Positions 1 to 13,330 are shown, counted from the first letter of the stretch. The stretch is 64,000 nucleotides of DNA from Octopus bimaculoides (GCF_001194135.2 NC_068991.1:28439205-28503204); one strand, 5' to 3'. Program-made: numbers and translations. The notes: generated by a model not told the origin, from the letters alone.

Positions 1-2144
1 AATTAAAAAGAAGACACAGGGGAAACAAAAATCCAATAGATGTGACATCTTAAAGTCGCTACTGCTTTAGGAGACATCTTAGAAGTGTGTTGGTCGTATT
101 TTACACACAGCACTCAGTTTATATAAAACCACATATCCATATTTATTATGGTCGAGTTCCTTCTCTTCAATATTGTATTAATTAAATTTACTTCCTTCTC
201 ATCAAATGTGAATCAATCTTTTCTTTAGTTTCATTCAGTTTAACCATAAAGTAAGACTAGTCTCTCTGTGATTCCTGCAGTTTAATCTTCTCTGTACAAA
301 CCCAATAACAGAATATTTATGTAATAAATTAGATTCATGAATTGAGGTTTTTTTTTTTTAATGAGTTTCTCATTTGAATTTGTTTTTTTCTATTTTAATT
401 CTAAAGTTGTTTCTTCAGATAGAAATAATATTGGTAAACTGTTGAAGAGGAAACTGCATTTATTAACCTATGAAGTGGCCATATTATTCACCTGTCATGC
501 TTATGATAGATGCATTAAACTGTGTTACTCTCCTAAAATTTATAAGTTGTCATGGCAAACAAATTATCAAAATGTCAGCTTATTTTAGTGTCTAATAATA
601 TTTATGGACATGACAAAATATCCCACCATGTAAAGTATTTTTATCTATTTTCTTCTGCAAAAGTTGGACAGTACCACCAAAAATTCTGTTTCTTGATATT
701 CCAGATTCCCATGGTGGATAGTCTTGCCAGCAAATATTTACAGACTGGCCATCTTAATTGTCAAATATTGTACATATCATTGAAAGAATACAAAATGGTA
801 CTTGGTTACATAAACCAACATTTTGAAAAGTCTATATTCCTAAAATATGGCACATAATGTTGCCGTCACTGATCTAAACATTATTTTTTGTTTAACGGTT
901 TCAATTTCTAGTGATTAGTCAACTAAATATGTGACATATTTGTTGGTCATTCACCCGAAACTATGCACCAATAGCAACTGAAAACACTCACCATCTTATT
1001 TATATTAGCAACAGCATGGAGTAGTCATAGACAGGAGGGGAATATTTTTGCTTCAGGAGTAAAATGTTAGATATGTTTTATGTTGTACTTGTTGAAAAGC
1101 TGCTGTCTGTGAGTTGATATGAAGCATTATTGGATTTTAGAATTTAAAAGCTCTTGTAGTTGTTTTTGTTGTTGTTGTTGTTGTGTAAAGGCAAATGTAG
1201 TGCAGCAGTGAATTTAACTGTAAATTTCTTAATCCAGTTTCACTTCTCAGTCAGAACTATTTCACTTACTGCACTAATACCCATTGGCAAGGTATACACA
1301 TCACTACTTCTTATTACTTCCCTTCAGCCATGACATCAAAGCTTCATCCTTACCAAGTCATCATCATCATCATCATCATTACCACCATCATCATCATCAT
1401 TATAATAGTTGGGGAGTGGTAAAAATAGTAGATCAGTAAACCAAAAATACCTTGTGGTAATTAGTTGTACTCCTTCAAGTTCTCATTTTAAATCCCGCAA
1501 TAGTTGACTTTGCCTTTGTTTGTTCCAGTGTTGATAAAGTGACAGTCATATATGGTGGGGGAAGGGGTGCAGTTATTCATAGATTATATATAACCCTAGC
1601 CTACTAAATTGCAGCCTTGTACCTGTGTAAGGAAATCATTATTATAAAATAACCATTGTTCAGTTTTCCAAAATGGACTCCGTTTTAATTCCCATTTGGA
1701 GCCATTTGTATTTATATTTTCAGTGACCACTAATAATGCCATTGGAAAATACATTTCTCTCTTCTTTAGAAACCCATGTCTATGTAAGGATATTGAACAC
1801 TACTTTGTCACAGGTTTTTCTGCAATGAGTTCTACCATCTGGTTGCAGTTCCTAAAATGAGCTTTTTAGGAAATATTGAATACCACATATTCCCATTTTT
1901 TGTTATAACTAAATCACACCTATTTATTTCATAAATAATTGTATTCAACTTTAAATCTGTTTTCTGTTTTATTATTTCTGATTTGATCCAATATATCTAC
2001 ATGAAAATTTCATCATTCATTCCTTTTCTCAGGGACACTAAGTGATCTAAGAGAAATACCATGACTCCAAACTTGGAATTGAAAGCCCTATCTCCTGTCC
2101 AGTTCCCCAACACCACACCACTTATTCCCCACTATGCTCATTAA

Positions 2145-2272
2145 CCTTTAGCATACTGTTGCTACATCATGTCGCTGTACGAGTTTTTTCCCCTCTCAAT
2201 GCAACACGGTGCACTTGAGTTACAGGAGAGAAAAGTTGTATGGTAACATGATGCCCCTAAGTGTGCTAAAGG
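2145..2272. mobile_element. piggyBac-type MITE with TTAA target duplication
   Basis: TTAA|CCTTTAGCATAC ... GTGTGCTAAAGG|TTAA (TSDs 2141-2144 and 2273-2276). The interior is imperfectly palindromic. Confidence 0.8.
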
Positions 2273-2482
2273 TTAATCATTAAATATTAGCAGCTCTAAC
2301 TGATATTTCACTAGACAACACTCATTTACTAATTAACTTTCACACAAACTTTATAACTCGTGTATTCAGAAGAAAATATACAAGAGATACATTCTTGCCA
2401 ATGAGATCAAATATCTGATTATTACAAAATCAATCAGATTGTAATGATATCCATTAGAGGAGATTATTCTTTATGTCTTCAG

Positions 2483-2579
2483 GAGACTAGGTGTAGATGA
2501 TGTTCGTGCTTTTCCTCAAGGTTATTATTCATAGTATCAAAACTATCAGTGAAGTGACACAACCACAACCGAGAGTTAG
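2483..2579 (+). other. Candidate exon of an unidentified plus-strand gene
   Basis: Acceptor TTCTTTATGTCTTCAG| and donor TTAG|GTACGT, with CpGs retained. It reads either RLGVDDVRAFPQGYYS* or, from ATG 2497, MMFVLFLKVIIHSIKTISEVTQPQPRV. No homology recognised. Confidence 0.35.
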
Positions 2580-3117
2580 GTACGTACATGATAAACCCAT
2601 TTTACCAATATTTTATATACTGTTACTACATGGTACTTATAAAAATACCAGTGTTATTATTATAGTTGTTATTAAGTTACAACCCTTTATACCTTCAGTG
2701 CAAATCCTACTAAAATCAACTTAGTCTTTCATACTTCCAAGGTCATTAAAAAATGCCAATCAAGTGCTGTCGTCACTATATTTACCCTTAATCCTCTCAA
2801 AATCAAAGCCATGTGCCTGTCTAACTAACTATACACTCCCACTAAAGTGTGTCGACTTAGATCTATGTCAAAAAATTTTATTAATTGGATTTGGGCTGTA
2901 GTTGAGATAGAGTGATAAATTATCATGGCTAATTCTACATTTGGTGGGTTGGAGGAGCACCTACTGAACTGCCTCTCATATCAGGGTCAACATTGACTTT
3001 TATCTCTGCAAGTTAGTAAATTGAACATCAGTTATGAATTAAGGTTATGCAAAATGACTTTATCTCTTTCTTGCAAATCTGAGGCCTTGTGATTAACGTA
3101 GAAAATATTGTTGTTGA

Positions 3118-3333
3118 CCCTTTAGCATTTAAACTGGCCATATCCAGCCCAAATATTCTGCTTGTTTTATGTTCAAACTGGCCAGATCTAGCTTCTCACA
3201 TATACCCTACAGTGTCATTCTAAATATAAACAATCACCTCATCAAAATCTTGAAGCTCCAAAGAAACACATGATTAACTACAAACAATATAAATAAATAA
3301 GCATTACATTTGACAGAAATCTGAATGCTAAGG
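3118..3333 (+). mobile_element. piggyBac-type MITE (CCCTTTAGC ends), second family
   Basis: Starts TTGA|CCCTTTAGCATTTAAACTGGCC and ends CTGAATGCTAAGG. A reverse-oriented relative lies at 54403-54567. Confidence 0.65.
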
Positions 3334-4470
3334 CAGTAGACTGGCAGAATTGTTTGCATATCAAACAAAGTGCTTTGTTGTGTTTAGTTAAGGTCCTTTA
3401 TACAGTCTATCTTTAAATCATACCAAGATTGACTTTACCTTTCTTCCCTCCCAGGTCAATAAAATAAAGTACCAGTCAAGTACTGAGGTTGATGTAACAG
3501 GCTAACACCCTTCCCTCATATTTCTGGTCTTGTACCTGTATTAGAAATGTTAGCAATATCTATCAAAAATGACAAGCTAATAGAATTGTTAGAGCATTAG
3601 AATAAATGCCTTGCAGTATTTGTTCTTTCTATTTATATTCTGTGTTCAAATCCTGCTGTGGTTAGTTTTGCCTTTCATCCTTTTGGGGTCAATAAAAGAA
3701 AGTATCAAGTCAAGTTCTGGAGTTGATGTCATCAACTTCCCCATAATTGTTGACCTTGAACCTAAATCAGAAGCCATTATTATTATTATTATTATCATCA
3801 TATAGGCAGCAAGTGATATGCTTAATGGTATTTCGTCTGTCCTTATGTTCTGAGTTCAAATTCTGCTGAGGTCAACTTTGCCTGTCATCCTTTCAGGGTT
3901 GATAAATTAAGTACCAGTGAAACACTAGGGTCGATGTAATTGACTATTCCCCGCCCACAAATTTCAGGCCTTGTACCTTTAGTAGAAAGGATTATTATTA
4001 TTATTATTGTTGTTGTTGTTGATGTTGTGAGCTAGCAGAATCATTAGCACACTGGATAAAATGCTTCACAGCATTTCTTCTAGTTTTCAAATTCTGCCAT
4101 GGTCAACTTTGTCTTTCATCTTTATGGAGTTGTTAAAATAAATACCAGTTGAACATTAAAGTCAATGTAATCGACTAGCCCTCTGCTCCAAAATTTCAGG
4201 CCCTGTGCCTATAGTAAAAAGTAGGACAAATTGTTGTTGCTGTTATCATTATTATTAAATGATTAATAGATTAGTAGAAACAGTAAACCGGGGATAAAAT
4301 GCCTTGCAATGTTTAGTTACTATCGTTTACATTCTGAGTTCAGATACTGCAGAGGTTAATTTTCAATGCGAATAAAGTAAACATTTGAAAACTAGAGTTG
4401 CTATAATTGAACATATCCCACCCGCCTTTAAAATTGTGGCCTTGTGACTATGTTAGAAATCAATATTTTT
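3330..4470 (+). mobile_element. Head-to-tail array of about 5 SINE-A copies (tRNA-derived, (TTA)n tail)
   Basis: Repeated GAGCTGGCAGAAT..GAGTTCAAAT..GGTCAACTTTGCCTTTCATCCTTT.GGGGTCGATAAA.TAAGTACCAG..AAATTTCAGGCCTTGTG units separated by TTA/TTG repeats. Confidence 0.8.
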
Positions 4471-6881
4471 TTTTAATGGAGAGGGCAATAGAGAAGATCA
4501 AGAATACAATGAATAAGTTACCTTGTAGTGTTCAGTCCTTTTCCTTTATGAAATGAGTTACAGTTTGAGTTCCAATCCAACCAGGTTAGACATTACTTTT
4601 TTTACCATATTTACATTAAAATATACTGTCCTTGTTTCCATTATTTTTTAAAATAATAAAGAATTTATTAAAATGACTTTGTCATTATATAACTGGTGTT
4701 TAGAATATAAATTTTGATGGAAGGTTTTAATTTAGATCACATTAAAACAGGGAATTTTATAATAGAACCAGGAGCAGTTACAAAAGACTTCTTATCAAAA
4801 ATGTTAATACATAGTGTATCCCTTAAAACAGGCTTGTCAAAAAGTAACACTAGATACTTATTTCAGTTTTAAATACTAACCTTCATCAGTTTTATTAAGT
4901 TCTTGGGAATCCAAACTGTTGTGTAATCATCCATTTATGACTTTTTCTTCAATACTGTTTGCTTTTTTGCATTATTAAATTATAATAAATTGTAAAATAA
5001 AAATTAAACTTTATGCATTAAATTGGTTAAGTTAACTATATCCACCACCTCACCAAATTTGAGGCCATGTATCTGTTGTTAAATTAATTAGATTAACAAT
5101 ACAGTATCACCCTAAATAGAATTTCAAACCTTGTGCCAATATAGTAATAAGTGTTAGTTCTTAATTACTGATAATTAATATTTTTTTATGGTTCATGATA
5201 GTTTAGTTTGGAATTCAACAAAAGGCAGTTGATCTCACTTCATTGCCTTTGTTGTTTTTTTGTTTTTTTTGTAAGATTCATGATGTGTTGGCTGTGATAT
5301 TGCAGTACTTTGGGAATGGTCATTTTCTCAATTACCAATTAAAACTCATACTGATTATAGTTAAAACAGATATTGTTGTTCTTTGGGGATGGTCATTTCT
5401 GCTAAATGTCAATTAAAATACACTCTAATTGTTGTTCACTTCTTAATTAATAATCAGTATATGTGTGTTAATGGGCAGAATGGCCTGTTTATATATAAGT
5501 ATGTGTGTGTGTGTGTATGGGTATATATATCCATACATACATACACACACACGTGTGTGTGTAGTTGTAATAATGAAATCAAACCAAACTGATATTTTGA
5601 AATCATTTAATACATATGTTTCAGGTTTATGTAATAGAATAGGAACTGCATCCATTATGTTAACCTTCCTCGATTAAAACAATTACTCCACTTATATGGA
5701 TACTCTTGCTTCTACTTATGCAGAAACTCTAACGATTTGGAGTAGTTTGTTACATTTGACTCAAGTTGAAAATTCTGTTATCGTGCACTGCTTCTTAGCT
5801 GTGAAATATGACAAATACACCTGAAATATATGTATGTGTGTATGTATGTATATATAAATATATATATATATATGTATATATAAATATATANNNNNNNNNN
5901 NNNNNNNNNNNNNNNNNNNNNNNNNNNNNNNNNNNNNNNNNNNNNNNNNNNNNNNNNNNNNNNNNNNNNNNNNNNNNNNNNNNNNNNNNNAAATGAAAAT
6001 AAAAACTACACGTGGAAGAGATATGGTGTAAGTAAGAAGAAAAAAAAAGTGAAAATGCACATTGGATATCAAAAAAATAAAGGCTTTTTTATGAAAAGTA
6101 ATGATAAATATATACAATTAGATTAACTGAGGTAGAATTAAGAGGAATAAAAGTCATTATTATAAACTGTTAAAGGGATTCAAAGTCATACCGGTTTCGT
6201 CAATTAATTTTCACTGGCTTTCAATGCGCACCAATTATCAAACAGTGTTGGGTCTACTAGTCCCTGACTAAAAAGATGTGTAAGGGAGGTAAGTAGTTCT
6301 GGATGTGGTGCAGTTAGGATAGATATAATACTGTAATAAGTATGGTGTATGGGATGTATGGGAGTTAGTGGTATTATTGGTAAAACTTAAAGCTTCTTGT
6401 AGATTGTCAGACCTATTCAAATATTGTGGTACTTAGTTATTATCATCCTTTATATTCCGAGTTCAAATGCTGTCAAAGACAACGTTGTCTTTGATAATTA
6501 GTACTGTAGGGTAATGATGTAACTTGCAATATTTAACTCCCAATCATTTACATTTTAAGTTCAAATCCATCTCATATCCATTCTGACTTTTATCCTTGCA
6601 GGGCTGATAAATGTAAGTATCAGACAAATACTAAGGTTAACTGAATAAATGTGTAGTATCCAAAATATAACAAAAAAAAAAAATCATAATCTGTCCAATT
6701 AATTATAAATTTAGGTTAAACCGTATAGAAATCTTTCCCAAATGATATTTGAATATGACGTTGACATTCAATAACAGACACCTTGCCTGCACTTTCTAGT
6801 AAACTAACTGAATGCATCAATGGTATTATTATTGTTGTTGTTGTTGTTGTTGTTACTGTTGTTTCATGGCTTTTGTTGTCA

Positions 6882-6925
<44 letters not shown>

Positions 6926-7561
6926 CTTCGTTAATTTACACACATGCACAATAGTAATCGGTAAATATGATCCAGAGATCCAAGTGTAGGAAGTTAGTAA
7001 GCTTCCGGCGAAATGGTAGCAGTCTGTATTTTACCTGTTCCTTTCCTTACTTTTTGGGGTATATATAAATATTTGTAGAGAGATTTGGTGATGTAAACAG
7101 AAAATAGAATTCAAAACATGAGTATATATACATTTTTTTAATTTTTTTTATAAGAACCAGCAGAAGTTACAGAGTGACCCAGGGACAGAGAATTTCATGC
7201 ATTGTCACTTATGAAACTGGTTTTAAAATAGAGGGTCATATATTTATATACTGGTGATGACATTTCCCTGGATTGTTCTGGAACAAACTATAAAAGCAAT
7301 TACTATGTCCTTCTATAATACATATTTTTCAGATACTTCACCTGTTACACCGTTCAATAAATAAATAAATAGATAATAAAAATTCTAAGATATTTATGCA
7401 CAAATAACCGAGAGTGACAGTGAATATAAATGCAGTATGTACATGAATAGATGCACGTATGCATACATACATTCACACTCATGCACGCATGTTCATGGAT
7501 TCACACATACACATGCATAGACATAAGTATAAATACAGGGTGTCCCAGAAATAATTATCTG

Positions 7562-8776
7562 TTGGGTCATCCCATAAATAATGCAGTTTTTTCAATTGCA
7601 TGAACTAAAAGTCAGAGGAGGACGGGATAAACTACCTGCATCAACTTGCTATAAATGCAGGTAGTAATTTTACCTTGTCCTTATTCTGAGTGCAAGTTCT
7701 GAAGAGTGCAGTTCAATTTTAACAGTTATTTTTTCAAAGCTATAATGGAAGTGACAAAGAAGCACATTCAGCATATTTTGCTTTATGAGTTCAATAAAGG
7801 CAACAATGCAATGGAAAGTGTGAGGAATATTAATGCAGTATATGGGGACTGGTCAATAAGCTTAAGCCAATGTCAATGGTGCTTCCAGAAACTACAGCCT
7901 AGAAGACAAGCCTCGTCCTGGAAGATCTGTAGAGCTCAACAAGGATGTCCTGCAAACCCTGGTGGCACAAAATCCCATCGTAACTGTTGAGGAACTAGCA
8001 GAGGAGCTAGGATTTTGTCATTCGACCATTCATCAACACCTGCATGTCATTGGAAAAGTCAGCAAATTGGGTCAATGGATTCTACAAACTTTCTGAGTCT
8101 AATCGCATGCAGAGAGTGAATGTGTGCTCTTCTTTGCTGTCACATGTCACAAATGAAACTTTTTTGGACTGAACAGTGACTAGTGACAAGAAATGGGTTC
8201 TCTATAAAAATGTCAAGTGCTGAAGACAGTGGGTAGGGAAAGAAGAAACACCAGGACCCCAGGCCAAAGAAAGTCTTTACCCATGTAAGTTGTTATTTGG
8301 TGTGGAATATGGAAAGTTTAGTCTACTTTGAACTTTTAAATCCAAACCAAACAATAACAAAGATCTACTGCAAGCAGCTTGGGGAGATTAAGTCAGCGCT
8401 AGAAGGAAATAATCATCTTTGGCTTCAAGATGAAAGGTGTTCCATCAGGATAATGCTCAGCCACATACAGCAAGAATGACATTCCAAAGGCTGGAGCTGT
8501 TTGAATGGGAAACAATGCCCCACCCACCAAATTCACCAGACATTGCCCCATCTGATTATCATTTATTCCGCAGTCTTTATAACCATTTGGATAGAAAGAA
8601 TATGAATTCTGTAGATGAGGTCAGAACAGTACTGGAGGAGTATTTTTTGTCACGGACAAGTGAACTTTGGAAGAGGTGCCTTGCAAGTCTACCAAATAGA
8701 TGGAAAAGCATTGTAGAAAATGAAGGAGAGTATATTTTTGATAAAAAANNNNNNNNNNNNTTATGGGATGGCCCAA
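7562..8776 (+). mobile_element. Full-length degenerate mariner (DD34D) transposon
   Basis: Left TIR TTGGGTCATCCCATAA (7562-7577) and right TIR TTATGGGATGGCCCAA (8761-8776) differ by 1 of 16 bases. TA lies on the right (8777-8778) and TG, a probable mutated TA, on the left. A transposase lies between them. Confidence 0.92.
7745..8745 (+). pseudogene. Mariner transposase pseudogene with frameshifts and stops
   Basis: MEVTKKHIQHILLYEFNKGNNA..NINAVYGD (HTH), VTSDKKWVLY, VYFELLNPNQTI, FHQDNAQPH and HPPNSPDIAPSDYHLFRSL. There are 34 residues between the second and third catalytic Asp (counted). Confidence 0.92.
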
Positions 8777-9304
8777 TATTTCAATGAAACAGGGCAAATT
8801 TTTAAAAAACTGACAGAATTTTTATGTTTATTACTTAATTATAATACCAAAATAAATAGATTTATAAATCTTACATGAAAACTTTATTGAAAATTTGCAA
8901 CATATTCTCCATCTGTATCCCTGCAAATTTCAAATCTATCCTTAGCATTGCAAAACACATTTTGAAGCATTTCAGGAGTTATTTCCAACACTGCAAACTG
9001 AATGCATTCTTCAAATTCAGCTTAACTATTGCTCCATCCTGGGCTGGCGGTAGAGAAAATGATTGCTGCCGAATTGAAAAAGAAAAATACCATCATGGAC
9101 AGAAAACTGGGATCCAACAGGAATGAAAATAGAATTATTAAAAAAATTACAAAATTATAAACGAATTAAAATTTATATGCTTTGAACATATATTAAACAT
9201 GGTAAACATACATAAAAGTGAGTTTTTAAAAGAAATGATTTTATTGAAGTAGATAAATTCTGGGATACCCTGTGTAAAACATAGAAACAAAAGAATGCAT
9301 AGAT

Positions 9305-9518
9305 TCTTTTCTACTCTAGGCACAAGGCCTGAAATTTTGGGGGATGGGTCCAGTCGATCAGATCAACCCCAGTATGCAACTGGTACTTAATCTATCAACC
9401 CCGTAAGGATGAAAGGCAAAGTTGACCTCGGCGGAATTTGAATTCAGAACGTAAAGACAGACTAAATACTGCTAAGCATTTCACCTGGCGTGCTAACGTT
9501 TCTGCCAGTTCACCACCT
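9305..9518 (-). mobile_element. SINE-A, well-preserved copy
   Basis: A complete unit with A-box-like GGCAGAAACG, B-box-like GAATTCAAAT and the central domain. Confidence 0.88.
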
Positions 9519-9553
9519 TAGAGATGCATAAATGTACATAGATATATACATAT

Positions 9554-9593
<40 letters not shown>

Positions 9594-9851
9594 ATATACA
9601 TACACAAGCATGAGTGTGAATACATGTGTGCATATGTATGTGTATTCATGTTTTTATTGAACAACATCATAAGCAAACCATTTTAAAAACATGCATTATA
9701 GCTGTGACATTGTTACTGTCTTTATAATTTGTTCCAGAACAATCTAGGGAACTACATTACCACTGATATATATAAATATATGATCCATGATTTGATACCA
9801 ATTTTACTAGAGAAAATGGTCAAAACTTTCAGCTGCCCTTGAGTCTCTCTT

Positions 9852-9899
<48 letters not shown>

Positions 9900-10326
9900 C
9901 ACATCTATATACATACATGCATAGATACACACATATAAGGATACATATATATTTCTTTATACTTATATAAATATACTTATGTAAATATAGAAGTATAAAG
10001 AATTAAAATCAAAAATGCACTTGAAGTTTTAAGAAAATTTGTTTACTTTAACTTAACCAGTTTCACAATTTCATGTTTTTTTTAAATATGTGTAAAATGG
10101 AGATTTTGGAACTGTCTTAACAAAGGTGAGACAATTGTGGCAAAGTTCCACATTTTCCCATCTTACACTACTTGGGAAAATCATGAAATTGTTAAACTAA
10201 GTTAACGTAAATGAATCTTAAAGACTCCGAGTATATTTTCAACTCCATTTCATTTCATTTCATATATATATACATACAAACACACACACACACATATATA
10301 TAAATAGATATATATATATACATGTG

Positions 10327-10384
<58 letters not shown>

Positions 10385-10485
10385 CAAAGAGAGGGAGAAA
10401 GGACAATTAAAGCCAAACTCCAATGTGTTGAATGGCCATTGGAGTTTGACTTTAACTGCTCTTTCTCCCTCTCTATGTCTTTATG

Positions 10486-10542
<57 letters not shown>

Positions 10543-11799
10543 TTAAATTTTTTAAAAATTTGACTAGTTCTCTTTTTCTTCATAACAGTAGAATCCATTG
10601 GGACCACATCCCTTCCAGTTCACTCTGTAGAACTGTGGTTCAATAAATTTGAATTGAATTCTGCAAATCCAAACCTAGCTGTTCTCCATTCCTTCCCCAA
10701 ATAATATCACAATATCCTCCCTCGCTTCCTATTTTTCTTATTGTAGAGTTCTCACCAATTTTGGTCACTGAACATGATGTTGCTATTGTTGATGATGATT
10801 ACTGTTTACTTCACTTGCTATATGGAATATCTCTGACCAATGTGTTAGTTATTAATACTATAAAGCTTGTTGTGCTTCTCAGCTGGCTTTTTTTATTTTT
10901 GCAGTCTCAATTGTAATTTTGTAAAACATCTTTTTCCATTCTATTTTTATTTCTAATAAAAGATATTTCCTGTCAAATTCTGAGATTTGTTGTTCTTTAA
11001 GAGTCAGTAGAATTGAATGGTTTAGTAGTCTACTCTGGACACAAAAGTTGTATGGATTGCATCATATGGTTTTACTCTTGCTCTGCACATGATGCAGGGG
11101 TAAAAGTTAATGATTTAAACTCTACACCAAGACACCTGTTCTGCTCTGGCTTTTCTCTCATGTTTCAATCCCTCATCTCCTAGCATAAAACTACCTCCTC
11201 AGGGTTCATAGTTTTGCAAACTGCATGGCAACCTCACTTGTACTATTGGCACAAAAAAGCACCCAGTATATGTTATAAAATGGTTATAGTTAGGAAGGAG
11301 ACCCAACCGTAGAAACTGTACCAAAGTAAACAGTGGAACACAATGCAGGGCTTGGACCCATCAGATCCTGTCAAACTGTCCAGTTCATACCAACATGGAA
11401 CATGGATGTTAAATGATCATGATGAACAGTGTACATGTGACACAATGTACGACAAAACTGTATTGTTTTGAATTGCTGCTACAAATAATCCAATGGGCTT
11501 CTATTCAGTTTCCCAGTTCAATCACAAGCTACAGAGAAAGAGAAAGACATTTACTCAAGATGTTACACAGTAAGATCCAACCTGGATCTTGAGGTTGCAA
11601 AGGAAACTTTTTAACCATTCACCTATATGATATCTGTATAGAAAGTTATAGCTCAGCAAATTTTATGGAGATAAATGCAGTTTAGTTTTGTGCCAGGAGT
11701 AAAGTATTATGAATGTTCTCTTACTTGTAAGACAATGGCAAGGAATACAAAGTTAAAAGTAAGCCTCTGTACTTAGCATTTTTGTCATCCTGAAGAAAT

Positions 11800-12875
11800 T
11801 CTTCAACAGGATCCCTTACTCTGTGATTTGGTGGTTGCTGAAGAAGCCAGAAGTAGGCAAATAGCTTATGAGGACCATAAAAGCCATGCACAGAGATGCT
11901 GTCAGTGAGGTGAGAGTTGACAATGAGTACAGCAATGAATTTAGTATTCTAGTAGATCAGTTCTTAGCACCATCCTATTTGTCATAGTCCTCTAGACCAT
12001 ATCAGAGAAGTTTAAGACTGGTTTCCTTTTATGCTGATGACCTCTTTATCACAGTTAAATCTGTAGCAGAATTGGAAAAGAAATTCAGGTTTAAAACCAA
12101 GATGTGAAATCAGTGAGGCTCAAAGTCAATTTACCAAAAACCAAAGTTACTTTAAGTGAACAGACAGGATCCTAATTCTTTCAGATAAAATATTCTGTAT
12201 GATATATGTAGAAAAGTTGCAAGCAGAAATTCCATACAGTATATCCATTGCAAACTATGGACAGACAAGTGATGCAGTGATGTCTCAGGCAGGTTAACAG
12301 AGGAAACAGATTTTGTGTGGCAGGAGCTCAGAAGTAATAAACACTAACAATGCACAAGAAACAGACTCTTTCAAATACCTAGGATCCCTAGAGGTAGTAG
12401 ATAGCTTCCGTTACCTAAGTAATCTAATTAGTAGTTGAAGTGGATGTTCTGAATGTATAGATGCAAGAATAAGAACACATTGGAGAAGGTTCAGAGTGAT
12501 GTTAGAGTGAATGTAGAAAACTTGCAAAGACTAGAAAGAAAGGAAACTAGCATGCACCATTAGATGTGCTTATGGAAGTGTGCATGAACAACAAAGTACA
12601 GCTGTGTTGAGAGAATAATTGAGCATAGGAGGAAACAGACAGGGCATGTATGAAAGAAGACTGTGTTAGTATAGTCATATGATGCATATGGATGAGAACA
12701 GTTGTATAAAAAAGTGCCAACCACATAAATTGGATGGAGCTTGTAGAAGAGGGAGACCCAAGAAGTCATGGGATGAAGGGTGAAGGTTAATTTTGGGTTT
12801 TCTAAATCTCACAGAGATGATCAAGGGCCAAGATGACTGGCAATATGTGATGCTCAAGAAGGCTTATCCATTTCA
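11800..12875 (+). mobile_element. Decayed RTE LINE reverse-transcriptase fragment
   Basis: Broken frames give SVLSTILFVIVL, YADDL, EVVDSFRYL and GACRRGRPKKSWD, paralleling the 18129 copy. Confidence 0.8.
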
Positions 12876-12929
12876 ATGAATCAGATTCTGGTACCATTAT
12901 ATATATATATATATAAATTTAATGAATGG

Positions 12930-13330
12930 AGTAAAACGCATATTTTAACTGCATACTTTTATTTCCGACATATGTTTCGAAGAATTACAATTTATGCGAT
13001 CCATAGGAATCGGCGATGTTAAAAATGTGGTAGTAGAGAATGGTTTTAAATCTTAGATTCCTGCAAAAATACTATCACTGAAATTTTTATAATGCTCATA
13101 GACAAGACATATCTAAAAACATGGGCATATGTGGCAGATATCTGCTGCTGGAATGCTGTTATATTTAATGATGTAATGTTCTTTTCACTTTATGATATTA
13201 ACAGAAGAATGCAATTTCAGAGAAATGAAAAAAAAAATGATAGACTTAAAAGGAGATTGTTGGAACTTCACAATAGAGTGTGACAAGACGGATATGTGAA
13301 ACACTCCATCACCTTTAGTTTAGTTGGCAC
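12930..13330 (-). mobile_element. Possible Penelope-like 3' end / pseudo-LTR fragment
   Basis: The minus strand gives IK*KEHYIIKYN (GIY-YIG C-terminal-like), followed by CTTCGAAACATATGTCGGAAATAAAAG, which resembles PLE termini. Confidence 0.4.

Larger units (their letters stand above)
7536..9272 (-). mobile_element. Older internally deleted Tc1/mariner element hosting the mariner
   Basis: TA|CAGGGTGTCCCAGAA at 7534-7550 and TTCTGGGATACCCTG at 9258-9272 match 14 of 15 as an inverted pair. Minus strand 9021-8884 encodes AEFEECIQFAVLEITPEMLQNVFCNAKDRFEICRDTDGEYVANFQ*, which resembles a Tc1/mariner transposase C-terminus. Confidence 0.75.

Noticed and set aside
361-857. Two adjacent ORFs after a good-looking acceptor at 418
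   Set aside because: No recognisable motif in any frame on either strand. Piecemeal transposase-like words were in the wrong order.
5625-5820. Non-repetitive island with exon-like signals on both strands
   Set aside because: The plus frame has an internal stop and the minus-strand donor is weak. No homology recognised.
9738-10843. Additional plus-strand exon candidates (9738, 10589, 10746)
   Set aside because: The acceptors are plausible, but the donors are weak or absent and the phases do not chain.
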